Part shown: one piece after another, positions 48,207 to 58,560 of the stretch
How positions within the stretch are numbered: position 1 is the first letter of the stretch
Layout of the letters: each line of letters starts with the position of its first letter
Assembly (NCBI GenBank): GCA_000002435.2
Contig: CM018790.1
Origin: Giardia intestinalis
Taxonomy: Eukaryota
Direction: 5' to 3' (one strand)
DNA: 64,000 nt
The notes under the pieces: generated by a model
The model's database searches: none
The model's input: the letters and a program-made list of their open reading frames with translations, nothing else
What the model was told of the DNA's origin: nothing
Translations under genes and position numbers: made by a program

Positions 48207-50393
48207 CTAAAGCATGAGGAATTCTGATATGGTCTTGTGACCACAGACGGCAGCGTAGCTAGCTGCGCTTTTCCCATCGGTATCTCTGAGCCCGCCCTCT
48301 TTCTCTACAAGGGCTTGGACCACTGTCATGTGCCCTGCAGCGGCGGCGTACATAAGGGCAGTCGTCCCTTGGGAATCCTTTATGCGAGCCTCCTTCTCCA
48401 TGAGCAGCGTGACAGCTTGTAAATGCCCATTACGTGCTGCAAACATGAGTGCGGTCTTCCCCTCCGTGTCTTGTAAGCCAGCTTCATAGTCTGCTAAGTA
48501 CATGACGAGCTTTGTGTATCCCTTCGCAGCGGCTATTATCAGAGCCGTCTTTCCCAGGTTATCCTGCATTTTGGCTTCAGCATCAATTAGCAGCTTTACA
48601 ACTGAGAATGAGTTTGCCTGTGTACCGATCATGAGAGCCGTTTGACCATCATATGCCTGGAGCCTCTTCTCTTGAGGCAGAAGGAGCTCTACCATTGGGA
48701 TGTTACTGTCCCGCGCTGCAAACATGAGTGCGGACCAGCCATAGTTATCTACCTTTCCCAGCTCAAGCGAATTACTTATAAGTAGGGTCACCAAGCTCCC
48801 TATACGCATGTTCTTGTGTGCATCTTGGCTAGCTGACGAGTCTGGTGTCGATGAATCACCGTGAGTGTTTAAACATAAGCTTGTTTTGCTGGCCATCATG
48901 AGAGCTGTGTGCCCGTTGGCGTCTCGCTGACCAGCTTCGTGCTCTAGTAGCAAGAAGACGACCTCGTGGTTTCCCTTTTCAGAAGCATACATGAGAGCAG
49001 TCTTCCCAGTGAGATCTTTCAGAAGCTTCTCCCTTCCCATCAATAAGTGCACTATATCGCAGTAACCCTCAGCAGCGGCTACCATGAGACTGGATATACC
49101 ATCTGTTTGAACACATCCTGCCTGTATTGGAGCAAGTAGCTCAGCAATACTGGTATGTCCACGCTTGCAAGCCATGTGCAAGGCTGTGGTCCCATTGTGT
49201 GTACTTATGCTGGCCTCGTAGGGTAGCAAGATGCGCACAGACTCTAGCTGCCCTTCCCTAGCTGCAAGATGTAGTGCTGTTACTCCGTTCGTAGTCGTGA
49301 TCCCACCTTCAACGGGTGCAAGAAGCTTTACACACTCAGTGGTTCCTGACATGGCTGCAACCATAAGTGCGGTATAGCCGGCCTTATTTGTCATTCCCGT
49401 CTCTGTGTTCTCCGATATGAGACGATAAACGAGATAGGAATACCCATGCAAGGCTGCGTGGATAAGGAGGGTGTTGCCGTCTTCATCTACTTCGCGGGGA
49501 ACACGCGCAAAAAGCCTGTTGATGACATTGTTGCCAATCTTTTTGCCTTCTTCAAGCTGCGAGTCAAGCTTTTGCTGAAAAGTGGACCTGTCAGCCTTGA
49601 GGGTCTCAATTTGCTCACGAAGTTTGGCTATCGTCTCTTTTTCTTGCTCATATTCTTTCAGCTGTAGCTTTAGTGCGTCTATTTGGTCATCCCGCGTCCT
49701 CAATAGCTGTGTTACTTCATTCATTGAAAGTATGCGTTGGTCGGTCTGACAGCCAAAGGATACTTTAGATAGTGGCTCAGTATTGCTGCTAAGCATATCG
49801 TTATCATGCTCATTAGGCTTTGAGGAGTCTTGAAAACCATAATTTTCGGGCAAATCAACGGAGATTAACGTGTTTAGGGGATGAAATGAGGAGGTCTTTG
49901 AGCTATCTACAACGGTATTATCTAGAAGAGGCGAGTGAGTGATGTTTTTGTCTGTTTCATTAGCATCGTTAATGGACTGAGTTGTTATGGCGAAGCTAAC
50001 AGCAGTTTGGGGACCATCTGAAGAAAGGTATCTCTCTACCTTAGCAAGGGTCTCAGGATTACCTTGTTCTTGTGCTACATGCAAGACATCATCTGCAATT
50101 GATTGCGGAAGTAGTTCACGCGGAAAAGCAGCAATGAGAATGTCTAGATAGGCTGTATCGTCTGCCCGTACCGCTAAGTGAAAAGGGGTTTCACCGTTTG
50201 CATTCTGAACACCTCCCTCAAGTGGTGCCAGCAGCTCCGCGATGTCTCTGTCACGTTTAGCAATTGACACGTGCAGCCCGGAGTCGCCGTCATCATTAAC
50301 CTGGCCAGCAAATTTCTCTCTATTATTTCTAACAATATCTACGGACCCGTTTGCTATGGCTGTGAACCAACCCGTCGCAGACCGCAAAAGCAT
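48207..50393 (-). CDS. Ankyrin-repeat + coiled-coil protein (Protein 21.1 family).
   Basis: The track start at 50609 is GTG. I chose the ATG giving MLLRSATGWFTAIANGSVDIVRNN, which matches the N-terminal 'M..WF.A..G....I' pattern shared by the other ankyrin proteins here; an ATG at 50483 is also possible. Central heptad region (LKLQLKEYEQEKETIAKLREQIETLKADRSTFQQKLD). At least 10 TALM-type repeats (GKTALMYASEKGNHEVVFLLLEHE, GQTALMIGTQANSFSVVKLLIDAE, GKTALMFAARNGHLQAVTLLMEKE and others). Confidence 0.7.
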   Translation of the reverse strand: MLLRSATGWFTAIANGSVDIVRNNREKFAGQVNDDGDSGLHVSIAKRDRDIAELLAPLEGGVQNANGETPFHLAVRADDTAYLDILIAAFPRELLPQSIADDVLHVAQEQGNPETLAKVERYLSSDGPQTAVSFAITTQSINDANETDKNITHSPLLDNTVVDSSKTSSFHPLNTLISVDLPENYGFQDSSKPNEHDNDMLSSNTEPLSKVSFGCQTDQRILSMNEVTQLLRTRDDQIDALKLQLKEYEQEKETIAKLREQIETLKADRSTFQQKLDSQLEEGKKIGNNVINRLFARVPREVDEDGNTLLIHAALHGYSYLVYRLISENTETGMTNKAGYTALMVAAMSGTTECVKLLAPVEGGITTTNGVTALHLAAREGQLESVRILLPYEASISTHNGTTALHMACKRGHTSIAELLAPIQAGCVQTDGISSLMVAAAEGYCDIVHLLMGREKLLKDLTGKTALMYASEKGNHEVVFLLLEHEAGQRDANGHTALMMASKTSLCLNTHGDSSTPDSSASQDAHKNMRIGSLVTLLISNSLELGKVDNYGWSALMFAARDSNIPMVELLLPQEKRLQAYDGQTALMIGTQANSFSVVKLLIDAEAKMQDNLGKTALIIAAAKGYTKLVMYLADYEAGLQDTEGKTALMFAARNGHLQAVTLLMEKEARIKDSQGTTALMYAAAAGHMTVVQALVEKEGGLRDTDGKSAASYAAVCGHKTISEFLML

Positions 50394-50723
50394 GTCGGTT
50401 TTTAAAACTAAGAGAGGAGAGAGATGCACCCATTCACTCAGAAGATGAAACTGCGAGGACGAGCGTGTGATTACGGTAGGCATGCTAGATTGCTTTGTAG
50501 ACGAGGGGCCGCGACGCTCGCTTCTTGTACAAAACCTTGTGATTAGGGTTTGTGTTGCAATGTATTGTTCCGTCCATGTGCGGGTTCGTCTCGCAACCGC
50601 ATGTAGCACAGATATAGACGACAGGCTGATTTTCCCCAGCTGGCTCCATTTATAACATCAAAAAATTGAAGATAGAGGATAGAGTTCAAAAAAAGGCAAT
50701 CTAGCTGAGGTTAAAAATCGTCA

Positions 50724-51404
50724 ATGCGCCCCCATCAAGCTCCTCAGACGAGTCCTGGGTGCGCGCGAGGAAGCCCAAGGGTCTCTTCGCACTCTCCTGT
50801 CCTGCTCCCACCTTCTGCGCACATACTCAATGCCAAGGCTTCCAGTCCCAACAACTCTGGATCCCTTATAGTTAGTCAATGCACCACGTCTCTGCGAACG
50901 CCTGGCGTCAGTCGTTCTGCATATGTGGGTTCTCCTGCCTCGCGAACGAAGGGCCCCGATAGGTCCATACACAAATCTATAGATCTAGAAAACCCCAGAT
51001 CCACACAGCAGCAGGCCCAGAATCAGCAATGTGCTATCCTTGCAAAGAAAGTTGCTCAATTAGAGCGCCGCGTTGCAGAGCAGGAAGTACGAATTTTAGA
51101 TCAACAAGAACGTTTGTCCCATTTGGAGAAATGTGAGACCCAGAATGACGCATTCCATGCAGTGATGAGGCTCTCAGATGAGGTTAGCGCTCAGTTTGTC
51201 GAAGCCATGGGGAAGCTCAATGACCAATTTAAGCTTGTGCAAGCGGACATAGAGTATATTAATGGAGAGATAGCAAAGATCATGGGCGACACAAAGCGCC
51301 GGCAACAAATCGTGACGCAGCACGGGGCAAACATAGACGCTATAGTCAGGGATTTAGCATATCTCAAAAAAACATTTCATAGAAATCTGAACGCACATGC
51401 ATAG
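50724..51404 (+). CDS. Hypothetical protein: S/P-rich N-terminus + coiled coil. It overlaps the next ORF by 8 nt.
   Basis: ATG start. Coiled-coil segment LAKKVAQLERRVAEQEVRILDQQERLSHLEKCETQNDAFHAVMRLSDEVSAQFVEAMGKLNDQFKLVQADIEYINGEIAKIMGD. Confidence 0.4.
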   Translation: MRPHQAPQTSPGCARGSPRVSSHSPVLLPPSAHILNAKASSPNNSGSLIVSQCTTSLRTPGVSRSAYVGSPASRTKGPDRSIHKSIDLENPRSTQQQAQNQQCAILAKKVAQLERRVAEQEVRILDQQERLSHLEKCETQNDAFHAVMRLSDEVSAQFVEAMGKLNDQFKLVQADIEYINGEIAKIMGDTKRRQQIVTQHGANIDAIVRDLAYLKKTFHRNLNAHA

Positions 51405-52638
51405 CACGCATAGAGCCTCGGAGGTATCCCAGCTATCCACCCCACACCCTACTCCCAGTAGTGCCCCGAGCAGCAAAGGAGTGGGGCAGCGTACTAAGGG
51501 TGCACTTTCTCCCATTCAGCGACCTAGCGGAAAAGCAAGTGATATGGGAACAAGGAAGATTAACGCCCAGAAGATTCCAATAGTACCATTGACCGGGGCC
51601 TTGAGCGGCCTGGATGCCCCAGCAACTCTATACCCAGAAGACCTCGAACTTCTGGCAGAAGATGACGTAGTAGGAGACTTGGACTTTGTCTCAATATTAA
51701 CCAATCGCAAGCTTTCGTACACACAGTCGCACTCCATATGTGAGCCGATAGCAACCCCCGGGGCAGTGCTCACGGATGTGTTTCGGGGATTGCGCGAACA
51801 AAATGCGAAAATCATAAAGACTCTGAATCTCTTGATAACCGCAGGACGGAAAAACAAAACTGCTATCGCTGACCTGGAGACCAAACTGGGTGATGTTACA
51901 GCAGCGACAAATACACTCATTACTTCTACCCGTAGCTTTAAAGCAGATTTGGCGTCCACAGATACAAATATTAAAGCGACAAGAAATCATATGCTCTTGG
52001 TGCAGGATCAGCTGAAGCACCTTACTGCTTCCATGAATGCTAGCGCATCCGACGAGCAAAAGAGGCAATTCTCACGTAGCTACAACATCTATGGAAGGGT
52101 CTATGGGAACTCACCCGACGTACAGGAGAGGGATTCTGCACTCGCAAACAAGAACGCGTTAACACTATCGACTCTTGCAGGTGATGCAAGGAGCCCGTCC
52201 CCATCTCCGCCCCCAGATAGCCAGATCAGTCGCTGCCTGGTCATGGTCAAGAACGAGGCAGCTTTAGGTTCCTGCCACACGCCTCCCCAGGGCAACTCTG
52301 CAGCTCAATCCCAGACCCAGGCTAGTACTAAGATCCTCAACAGTCCCCTTAATAGTGCATTCAACCTTAAAGTAACTCCGTCACGGGGAGTTGCAGTAGC
52401 AAAGACCGATGTTGGTAGGCACATGCCCGCGGCTTTACAATCGCTAGGTCATCCTCAGTCACCGCAGTGGTGTCTCGAACAAAGTAAAACTGTGCGTGTT
52501 CCCCTTGCTACACCGATGGAGTCCATGGAGATCCGAGAAGGTCAGGGGTGCGACATGGACGCCGCCCAAAGGCTAGACGCGCTGGAAAAAAACCTTCGTC
52601 AAGTAATTGAGCACTTAGGCTTGTCATGGATCGAATAA
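51397..52638 (+). CDS. Hypothetical protein: S/P-rich N-terminus + coiled coil. Either a tandem paralog of the preceding gene or part of one frameshifted gene.
   Basis: Starts inside the stop region of the upstream ORF (ATGCATAG). Its architecture resembles the upstream ORF (Ser/Pro-rich, then an alpha-helical KIIKTLNLLITAGRKNKTAIADLETKLGDVTAATNTLITSTRSFKADLASTDTNIKATRNHMLLVQDQLKHL). Confidence 0.45.
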   Translation: MHSTHRASEVSQLSTPHPTPSSAPSSKGVGQRTKGALSPIQRPSGKASDMGTRKINAQKIPIVPLTGALSGLDAPATLYPEDLELLAEDDVVGDLDFVSILTNRKLSYTQSHSICEPIATPGAVLTDVFRGLREQNAKIIKTLNLLITAGRKNKTAIADLETKLGDVTAATNTLITSTRSFKADLASTDTNIKATRNHMLLVQDQLKHLTASMNASASDEQKRQFSRSYNIYGRVYGNSPDVQERDSALANKNALTLSTLAGDARSPSPSPPPDSQISRCLVMVKNEAALGSCHTPPQGNSAAQSQTQASTKILNSPLNSAFNLKVTPSRGVAVAKTDVGRHMPAALQSLGHPQSPQWCLEQSKTVRVPLATPMESMEIREGQGCDMDAAQRLDALEKNLRQVIEHLGLSWIE

Positions 52639-52700
52639 GCGCCAACAATGCACAGTTCTAAATTCCGCCAAATCTAAAAATTGGTTTATTCTTTTAAAAA

Positions 52701-55700
52701 ATGTCCGTTAAGGCAAGTGCAGACTGGTTTGAATGCGCCCTGGCGGGCAACGCAGCGTCTATCCGGAATGCGAAGAAGAAGTGGAAAGGCTCCAAGGATA
52801 ATGACGGTAACACGGCTCTCATGCTTGTCTCCAAGTTGGAAGACAACTCTGTGTTCGATCTTCTCATCTACGAGGAGGCCGGTAATATGAACAACGAGGG
52901 TCACAGCGCGCTTTCCATAGCTGTCTTAGCCCGCCGGATGGATAAGGTCGAACGTCTGGCTACTCTTGAGGGGAGCATGATACTTGGGCGTGGTTGCACG
53001 GCTCTTATCTACGCCGCTTCTGTTCAGGACGCCGACGTTGTCCCGTTGCTTGCTCCGTACTCCATCATCGATCAGCGAAACGATGAGGGGTATTCCGCAC
53101 TCGATATTGCTGTGATGAACAATGATCTTGCCTTCGTGACATCCCTTATCGGCGCCGCGCGTGTGGACCTGGATACCCTCGACATGGCGCTCCGCTATAG
53201 CCTCACCCCAGATAGTGTCAGGGTCAACCAGGTGTTGATGGATTATAGAGCTACAACCTATCCAAACTCGGACCCTTTTGATCCAGATGCACGACCCACT
53301 AGCCACCAAGCACCTTCGACTACTATTACGAGCCTTAATCATCAGGGGACAATCGATCCTAAGAGCACTGATGTCGTCCCTTCTGAAGATTCAATGCAGT
53401 CACGAAGCGAGAAGCAGAAAAGTGGCAGATTTTCTCGTGCTGGTTCAAAACAGTCTTCTGTTCGCAGAACACCAAAGCTTGACAACGCGTCCTTCAGCAA
53501 TTCTGCGCTTGTCCAGAGCGTGGCTCGTATAGGGACTCCAGGGCCAGAGGAGGCGTCATCGGTGTACGGGCACCCGCTAAGCAATAGATCTTTTGAATCT
53601 AGCACGAACTATGCAGATCAGACGGCGTCCAGGCTGACCAACGGTAGTGTAAGATTGCAGGACATGGGTGATCCTGAGTATGCCGTTTCACGCTTCGGGG
53701 ATACGGTGCGCTCTACTTCTCTTATGGGGGAGCCGTCTCAATCGGCTGCTGATCTTAAGCCTCAGAAGGGCGGTAGAGCTTCCCGTGCCGGCTCGAAGCA
53801 GTCTTCTGTCCGCAGGACACCAAAGCTTGAGACGGCATCGTTTAGTAACTCGACTCTCGTTCAGAGCGTGGCTCGCATAGAGACTCCTGCCCCGGAAGAC
53901 ATGATGCCGGCAGGCAGGCAAGTGGCTGCTGGTAGTTCCGCAGCCTATGGTGAGACTTACGCTATGAGCATGGAGGCTCCCGTTGACGGATACGTCGATT
54001 CGGAGTTGCAGTACAGCGTGACACCCAACGAAATTCTTACGAATGTGGGGTCCTCTCAGGGCGGTGGTCAGGGCTTTACTAACTCAGCAGTGCTTTCTCG
54101 ACTACGCACCCCAACCAGCTCTGTCATTGCGGACAACGGAACTCAGGGCCTCGGCATTGCGCCTACGCGGGCACTGAAAAGCGCCTCTCAACCATTGAAT
54201 GCATATTCTGCAGGATCGTTTAGCCAAGCGGGCTGCCATGGTTCGGTCCTCTCCACCCGATCTATCACGGAGTCTATGCCTGTTCAGTCACGCCGAGCGC
54301 TCCCGGAGAGTGCAAGTGTGACGCAGCTTCAGGAGCTAGTCCGCGAGAAGCAGGCCATAATCGATGATCTTCAAAACCAGAACATGAAACTGAATAAGGA
54401 ACTCGTCGAGGTGAAGCGTAGTCTGCACAAGGCGGAGCTCGTTTCTGGTTCGGCTTCGCAGGGACACTGGGCTACGCAGTCGTCCATCGACAAGACAAAC
54501 CTTGTTATTGCTGACATGCAGGAGCAGGCCCGCGAGATGAAGACCGAGGCTATCCGCGCCAAGAATTTCTTCGAGCGCGAGCGTGAGCGCCTCAATGGTG
54601 ACATTAGCGAGAAAACAAAGCGCATCGCTGTCCTTGAAAACACCAACAGGAATATGGAGACATCGTGTGAGAGACTTCGAGCCGCCAACAAGGACCTCAT
54701 TGAGCAGCTTACCAAGAAGAAGACAGACGATAACATCACCGAGATGGTGGTGGCACAGAAGGACGCAGAGATAGGCGAGCTTCGTGACCGTATTAAGGAG
54801 CTCGAGAGTGACGTCGTCCGACTGACCCAGAAGGTCTCTTCCCACACCTCCGTGGCTGGAAGGTCTCGCAGCGGAGATGAGACGACCGTCTCTCAGCTTA
54901 CCAATGATTCTAATCTTCGCGGCTATCCTGCGCAGGCTGGCAATTCAACCAAGTTAAGTGCCGGGCCAGACGAGGCTGGTGCCTCCGAGGCAAGCCTCCA
55001 GGACGTTGTCAGGCAGCTTACAACTATGAACAATTCTAAGGACATAATTATTTCTGAGCTCCGCGGTGAGCTAGCGAACCTTCGTGATATCAGCAGGCAC
55101 AGCCAGCAAGACCATGGGGCGAGCCGTTCAAAAGCAGACGACATGGAGATGTACGACGTTAAGATGGCGCTTGCTGACCTCCAGGCGCGTCATGACGCTC
55201 TTTCTGAGGATAACTCCAAGACGCTCGAGAAGCTAAGGGTTCGTACACGCGAGCTCCAAGGCCTCGTGGAGGAGGTGGAGGGCGAGATACCTGCTGGAAA
55301 TCTAGGAACGCAAACAGATATATCACGCATGAAGGCCATAGTAAAGGTCAAGAACCGCGAGATTGCCGAGTTGAAGGAAAGCGCACTCAACACTGCATCG
55401 AGGCATGCTGCGACCTGCAAGGCGATTAATGCAGAGAACGAACGTCTCAACGCTGCTCTTCGGCGCAAGGAGAACGAGCTTGCTAAGGTCCATTCCGAGC
55501 TCTCGACGGCCCGCGATTTCCAAGACCACGTTGAAGGTGTGCGCAGCGAGAATACCCAGCTCATGAAGGAAATGAAACGTATGCGAAGTGAGCTTGAGAA
55601 GCAAGCAAATATCCACCCAGAGCTGGCAAAGTATGAGAGCTTGGTCAAAACTCTTGGGGAGGAGAATGATACGATGCGCCGCGTCTTGAAAAAGAGGAAG

Positions 55701-56825
55701 GAGCAGATTGAATATCTGAAGAACGGAGGAGACCCGTCTCTTTTGCACACAGTGGGAACTGGGTCCAAGTTGTCTGGTACAAATACGCCCATCAGCAAGA
55801 CACAGACGCTTAACAGCACGAGCCCCCATTCGGATATCATAAATCGCGATGCCAAGGGGAACGATGTCCTGCTTGTTAAGAAGTTAACCGAGGAGGTTAG
55901 ATCATATGGTGACAAGGTCACCGAACTGAGCCGCATGATAGCTCTCAAGGACGCTGAAATTTCTCTACTTCGCAAGCAAACGACCGACGGAGCGACGTAC
56001 AAAGACCTCCTCTGTCTGCTCAACGAAAAGATGAAGCGCGTGGACCAGCTTAATGCAGACGTCGAGCAACGGGACAGAGAAATATCCAAATTGGTTACCA
56101 TCAATCGCACAGGAACTGCCAAGCCTAAAGGCCTGACCGCGAGTATTCACAAGAGCGCTGCTATCAGTCGTTTCTACAGCCACGATGAGGTAAAGGATCT
56201 ATTGAAGCAGCTTTCTGACAAGGAAGCTGAGATCGCGCTTCTGAAATCCGAGAACATGAATAACAGCTATGAAAAGATCCATAACCTGGGAGACAAGTTC
56301 ACTGTGGTGAAGATAGAGAATCTGGAGGACAAGGTTGCTGTCTTGAACGCACACTTGGCAGACCGCGAAGGTACGATTGAGCGTCTCCAGGCCCAGCTAC
56401 AGGATGCCGAATTAGCCCTCCAGAGCCACAGAGCTAACCTCGGGCTTATCGGTATTGGGGGGCTGATGGCTTCGGGGAGCTACACGTCCCACAGAGACCG
56501 CGCTTCGGCCTCTCCAAGCACAGTTATGTCGCCGGATCTTGCCTACAGCAAGTCTCTAGAGGCCAGCAACGCTTCTCTGCAACAAAAGCTTGCAGACAGT
56601 AAGTTGAAGATAGCAGATGCACAGCAGGAATTGGAGTGGGCCCAGATGCGCATGGACTCTATGCACAGCGATCTACAGAAGTACAAGAGCAGATCTGGTG
56701 CTGCAAACACTCCGACAGCTGAGGGGCGCACTCCACAACAGCACAGCACGCCCCTCTCTATGACCGGCCAGCGTCCCGTCCTTGAGCCGAAAAACCACAC
56801 GCCTGTGTACAGCAGAGGAAAGTGA
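52701..56825 (+). CDS. Giant ankyrin-repeat + coiled-coil protein (1,374 aa; Protein 21.1-like head and a ~900-aa coiled-coil rod).
   Basis: N-terminus MSVKASADWFECALAGNAASIRNA followed by GNTALMLVSKLEDNSVFDLLIYEE, GHSALSIAVLARRMDKVERLATLE, GCTALIYAASVQDADVVPLLAPY, GYSALDIAVMNNDLAFVTSLI. Then a Ser-rich linker carrying a duplicated ~45-aa motif. Then continuous heptad repeats from about aa 540 to 1330. Confidence 0.7.
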   Translation: MSVKASADWFECALAGNAASIRNAKKKWKGSKDNDGNTALMLVSKLEDNSVFDLLIYEEAGNMNNEGHSALSIAVLARRMDKVERLATLEGSMILGRGCTALIYAASVQDADVVPLLAPYSIIDQRNDEGYSALDIAVMNNDLAFVTSLIGAARVDLDTLDMALRYSLTPDSVRVNQVLMDYRATTYPNSDPFDPDARPTSHQAPSTTITSLNHQGTIDPKSTDVVPSEDSMQSRSEKQKSGRFSRAGSKQSSVRRTPKLDNASFSNSALVQSVARIGTPGPEEASSVYGHPLSNRSFESSTNYADQTASRLTNGSVRLQDMGDPEYAVSRFGDTVRSTSLMGEPSQSAADLKPQKGGRASRAGSKQSSVRRTPKLETASFSNSTLVQSVARIETPAPEDMMPAGRQVAAGSSAAYGETYAMSMEAPVDGYVDSELQYSVTPNEILTNVGSSQGGGQGFTNSAVLSRLRTPTSSVIADNGTQGLGIAPTRALKSASQPLNAYSAGSFSQAGCHGSVLSTRSITESMPVQSRRALPESASVTQLQELVREKQAIIDDLQNQNMKLNKELVEVKRSLHKAELVSGSASQGHWATQSSIDKTNLVIADMQEQAREMKTEAIRAKNFFERERERLNGDISEKTKRIAVLENTNRNMETSCERLRAANKDLIEQLTKKKTDDNITEMVVAQKDAEIGELRDRIKELESDVVRLTQKVSSHTSVAGRSRSGDETTVSQLTNDSNLRGYPAQAGNSTKLSAGPDEAGASEASLQDVVRQLTTMNNSKDIIISELRGELANLRDISRHSQQDHGASRSKADDMEMYDVKMALADLQARHDALSEDNSKTLEKLRVRTRELQGLVEEVEGEIPAGNLGTQTDISRMKAIVKVKNREIAELKESALNTASRHAATCKAINAENERLNAALRRKENELAKVHSELSTARDFQDHVEGVRSENTQLMKEMKRMRSELEKQANIHPELAKYESLVKTLGEENDTMRRVLKKRKEQIEYLKNGGDPSLLHTVGTGSKLSGTNTPISKTQTLNSTSPHSDIINRDAKGNDVLLVKKLTEEVRSYGDKVTELSRMIALKDAEISLLRKQTTDGATYKDLLCLLNEKMKRVDQLNADVEQRDREISKLVTINRTGTAKPKGLTASIHKSAAISRFYSHDEVKDLLKQLSDKEAEIALLKSENMNNSYEKIHNLGDKFTVVKIENLEDKVAVLNAHLADREGTIERLQAQLQDAELALQSHRANLGLIGIGGLMASGSYTSHRDRASASPSTVMSPDLAYSKSLEASNASLQQKLADSKLKIADAQQELEWAQMRMDSMHSDLQKYKSRSGAANTPTAEGRTPQQHSTPLSMTGQRPVLEPKNHTPVYSRGK

Positions 56826-56853
56826 CCGGGTCTTTTACTCCGGAGCTTGTCAT

Positions 56854-58560
56854 TTATTTCATCAGCCCCTTTTTGATGCCGACTATGCTTTCGAGATACG
56901 GTGCCAGCGCAGCGCTGTCCATTCCATGTGCTTCTGCAAATGGGGGAACGGCCGTACAGATACTCTGAGCCCCGGACTCATAGTAGTAGGAGTGCAGGTC
57001 GATGTGGGTAAACATGTACGTCTTGATGTAATCGTATTTGATGTTGAAGCTCTCCTTGGCTTCGTCATAGAATGTCACTGCGCTAGGGGGCAGGTCCCGC
57101 TCTACAGCCTCTTCTAAGGCACTACAAATCCTGCAAGGGTTAGTGTTCTGAGATGCAAGGGCCCGGGCTATCTCTTTGAGGGCAGGCTCGATTTTGGTCA
57201 GGTCAAGCGACTGGAGGCTTTTCTGTGCCTTGATTCTCTCCAAGACTTTGCTTGCGTATGCTTTCATTGACAGGGGCTCATAGCGGAGCATTTGCTGGAG
57301 CACAGAAGGTGACGGAAGTGTGCAACGAACCGCGAGGTTAGCCTGGAGGCCACCGTGAGAAGGGTCGTTGTGTATGGGGGTTCCGGCTGCCTGCAGATGG
57401 AGCCTTAGCTGGTGTGTACGCCCTGTTATGGGAACACACATGGCCAAAGCCGTTTGTGTCGATGAATCAACGTGCACGTATTCGATCACTGTAATTGCCG
57501 CTTGGTGCTCTCCAATATCCGCCATTGACTGCGTAGGGTCTAGTTGAACCGCAATCAGATCTTGGAGCAACGCAGTGCACTTCTTTGAGGACACAAACCG
57601 TGAGTAAGTGTCACTGTCCTGAAACCAGAGCATTTCTTTGTCGCGCATAAACGTTACACCCTTCCCAAAGGAATGAGAACAAGCCGTGAGCTGCTCGATG
57701 CACTCATTGTATTTGTCAAGGCGCTCCAAATTCGCCCCGAAAAGCTCGGTGTGAGTGTTGAAGTGTATACAACGAGAAGTGTAATTGCCCTTGAACCTGA
57801 GACCCATAGGCCCCCAAATCAGACACACCCTTCTTGGAGAAATGTCAGTCGACACCATGCGACAATTGGCTAGGTACACCTTAACGTTTCCTCGTTCAAC
57901 TATCTCGTTCCGCTTTTGCTCTGCCTCCTTAGATGAATCAGCCATGACAATAAGCCCGGAGACAAGCTTATCAATGCGATTGCAAGCACGTAAACTCTTT
58001 TTGGTTGTCAATTTGGTGTCCGGGCTAGCAACCAACTCATTGACACTGTGATAGCAGTACTTTCCGCAGGGGTGTACCGGCATGGATGCAGGCTTTTCGC
58101 AGAAGACGTGGTCTCCCTCATCTCGTAGTACAGGTTGTGCCAGTATAGGAGGTTCGTGTCGGTGCATAACGTGCAGAATAAGGTCAGAATCCCGCAGCGT
58201 AAAGTTGGCGATGGAATCCTCTACGTAAAGAACCTGCTTTCTCGTTTTTGGCGTAAACGCAGATGATGGTTGACCCCATGTAGGACGCTTTTTGATCTGT
58301 GGCTCGGGGCTGGGGGCAAGGGCTGCGTCTGGCTGTGCATCCTTAACAAAGCAGTGAATGGCTCCGCGACGCAACACAAGTATCTGGCCACTGGCTGCTG
58401 CATTGGCGTAGTACTCTTCATCGTACTCAACAAACTCCTCGCAGAGGACCTTTAATAATGACCTCTCGTACCAGCGCTTTTTGGCAAAGGTCCCGAAGAC
58501 GTAAATGTAAGGGCAGAGATGAATCAGACCGGCGTCTTCTATCTGCTTGTGGGGGAGCAT
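56854..58560 (-). CDS. RluA-family pseudouridine synthase (RPUSD/Pus-like) with N- and C-terminal extensions.
   Basis: Motif I VFCEKPASMPVHPCG (hvvDKPaGlpvHP). Motif II with the catalytic Asp NRIDKLVSGLIVMA (HRLDxxTSGLL). Motif III RTHQLRLHLQAAGTPIHNDPSHGG (RxHQIRvHlaalGhPIvGDxxYG). ATG start confirmed. Confidence 0.7.
   Translation of the reverse strand: MLPHKQIEDAGLIHLCPYIYVFGTFAKKRWYERSLLKVLCEEFVEYDEEYYANAAASGQILVLRRGAIHCFVKDAQPDAALAPSPEPQIKKRPTWGQPSSAFTPKTRKQVLYVEDSIANFTLRDSDLILHVMHRHEPPILAQPVLRDEGDHVFCEKPASMPVHPCGKYCYHSVNELVASPDTKLTTKKSLRACNRIDKLVSGLIVMADSSKEAEQKRNEIVERGNVKVYLANCRMVSTDISPRRVCLIWGPMGLRFKGNYTSRCIHFNTHTELFGANLERLDKYNECIEQLTACSHSFGKGVTFMRDKEMLWFQDSDTYSRFVSSKKCTALLQDLIAVQLDPTQSMADIGEHQAAITVIEYVHVDSSTQTALAMCVPITGRTHQLRLHLQAAGTPIHNDPSHGGLQANLAVRCTLPSPSVLQQMLRYEPLSMKAYASKVLERIKAQKSLQSLDLTKIEPALKEIARALASQNTNPCRICSALEEAVERDLPPSAVTFYDEAKESFNIKYDYIKTYMFTHIDLHSYYYESGAQSICTAVPPFAEAHGMDSAALAPYLESIVGIKKGLMK

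Noticed and set aside
54336-56122. Several long minus-strand ORFs (158-310 aa) inside the giant coiled-coil gene
   Set aside because: They are the antisense of Glu/Lys/Leu-rich heptad repeats, which gives Ser/Leu/Phe-rich stop-free frames. This is a typical coiled-coil artefact, and most use non-ATG starts.
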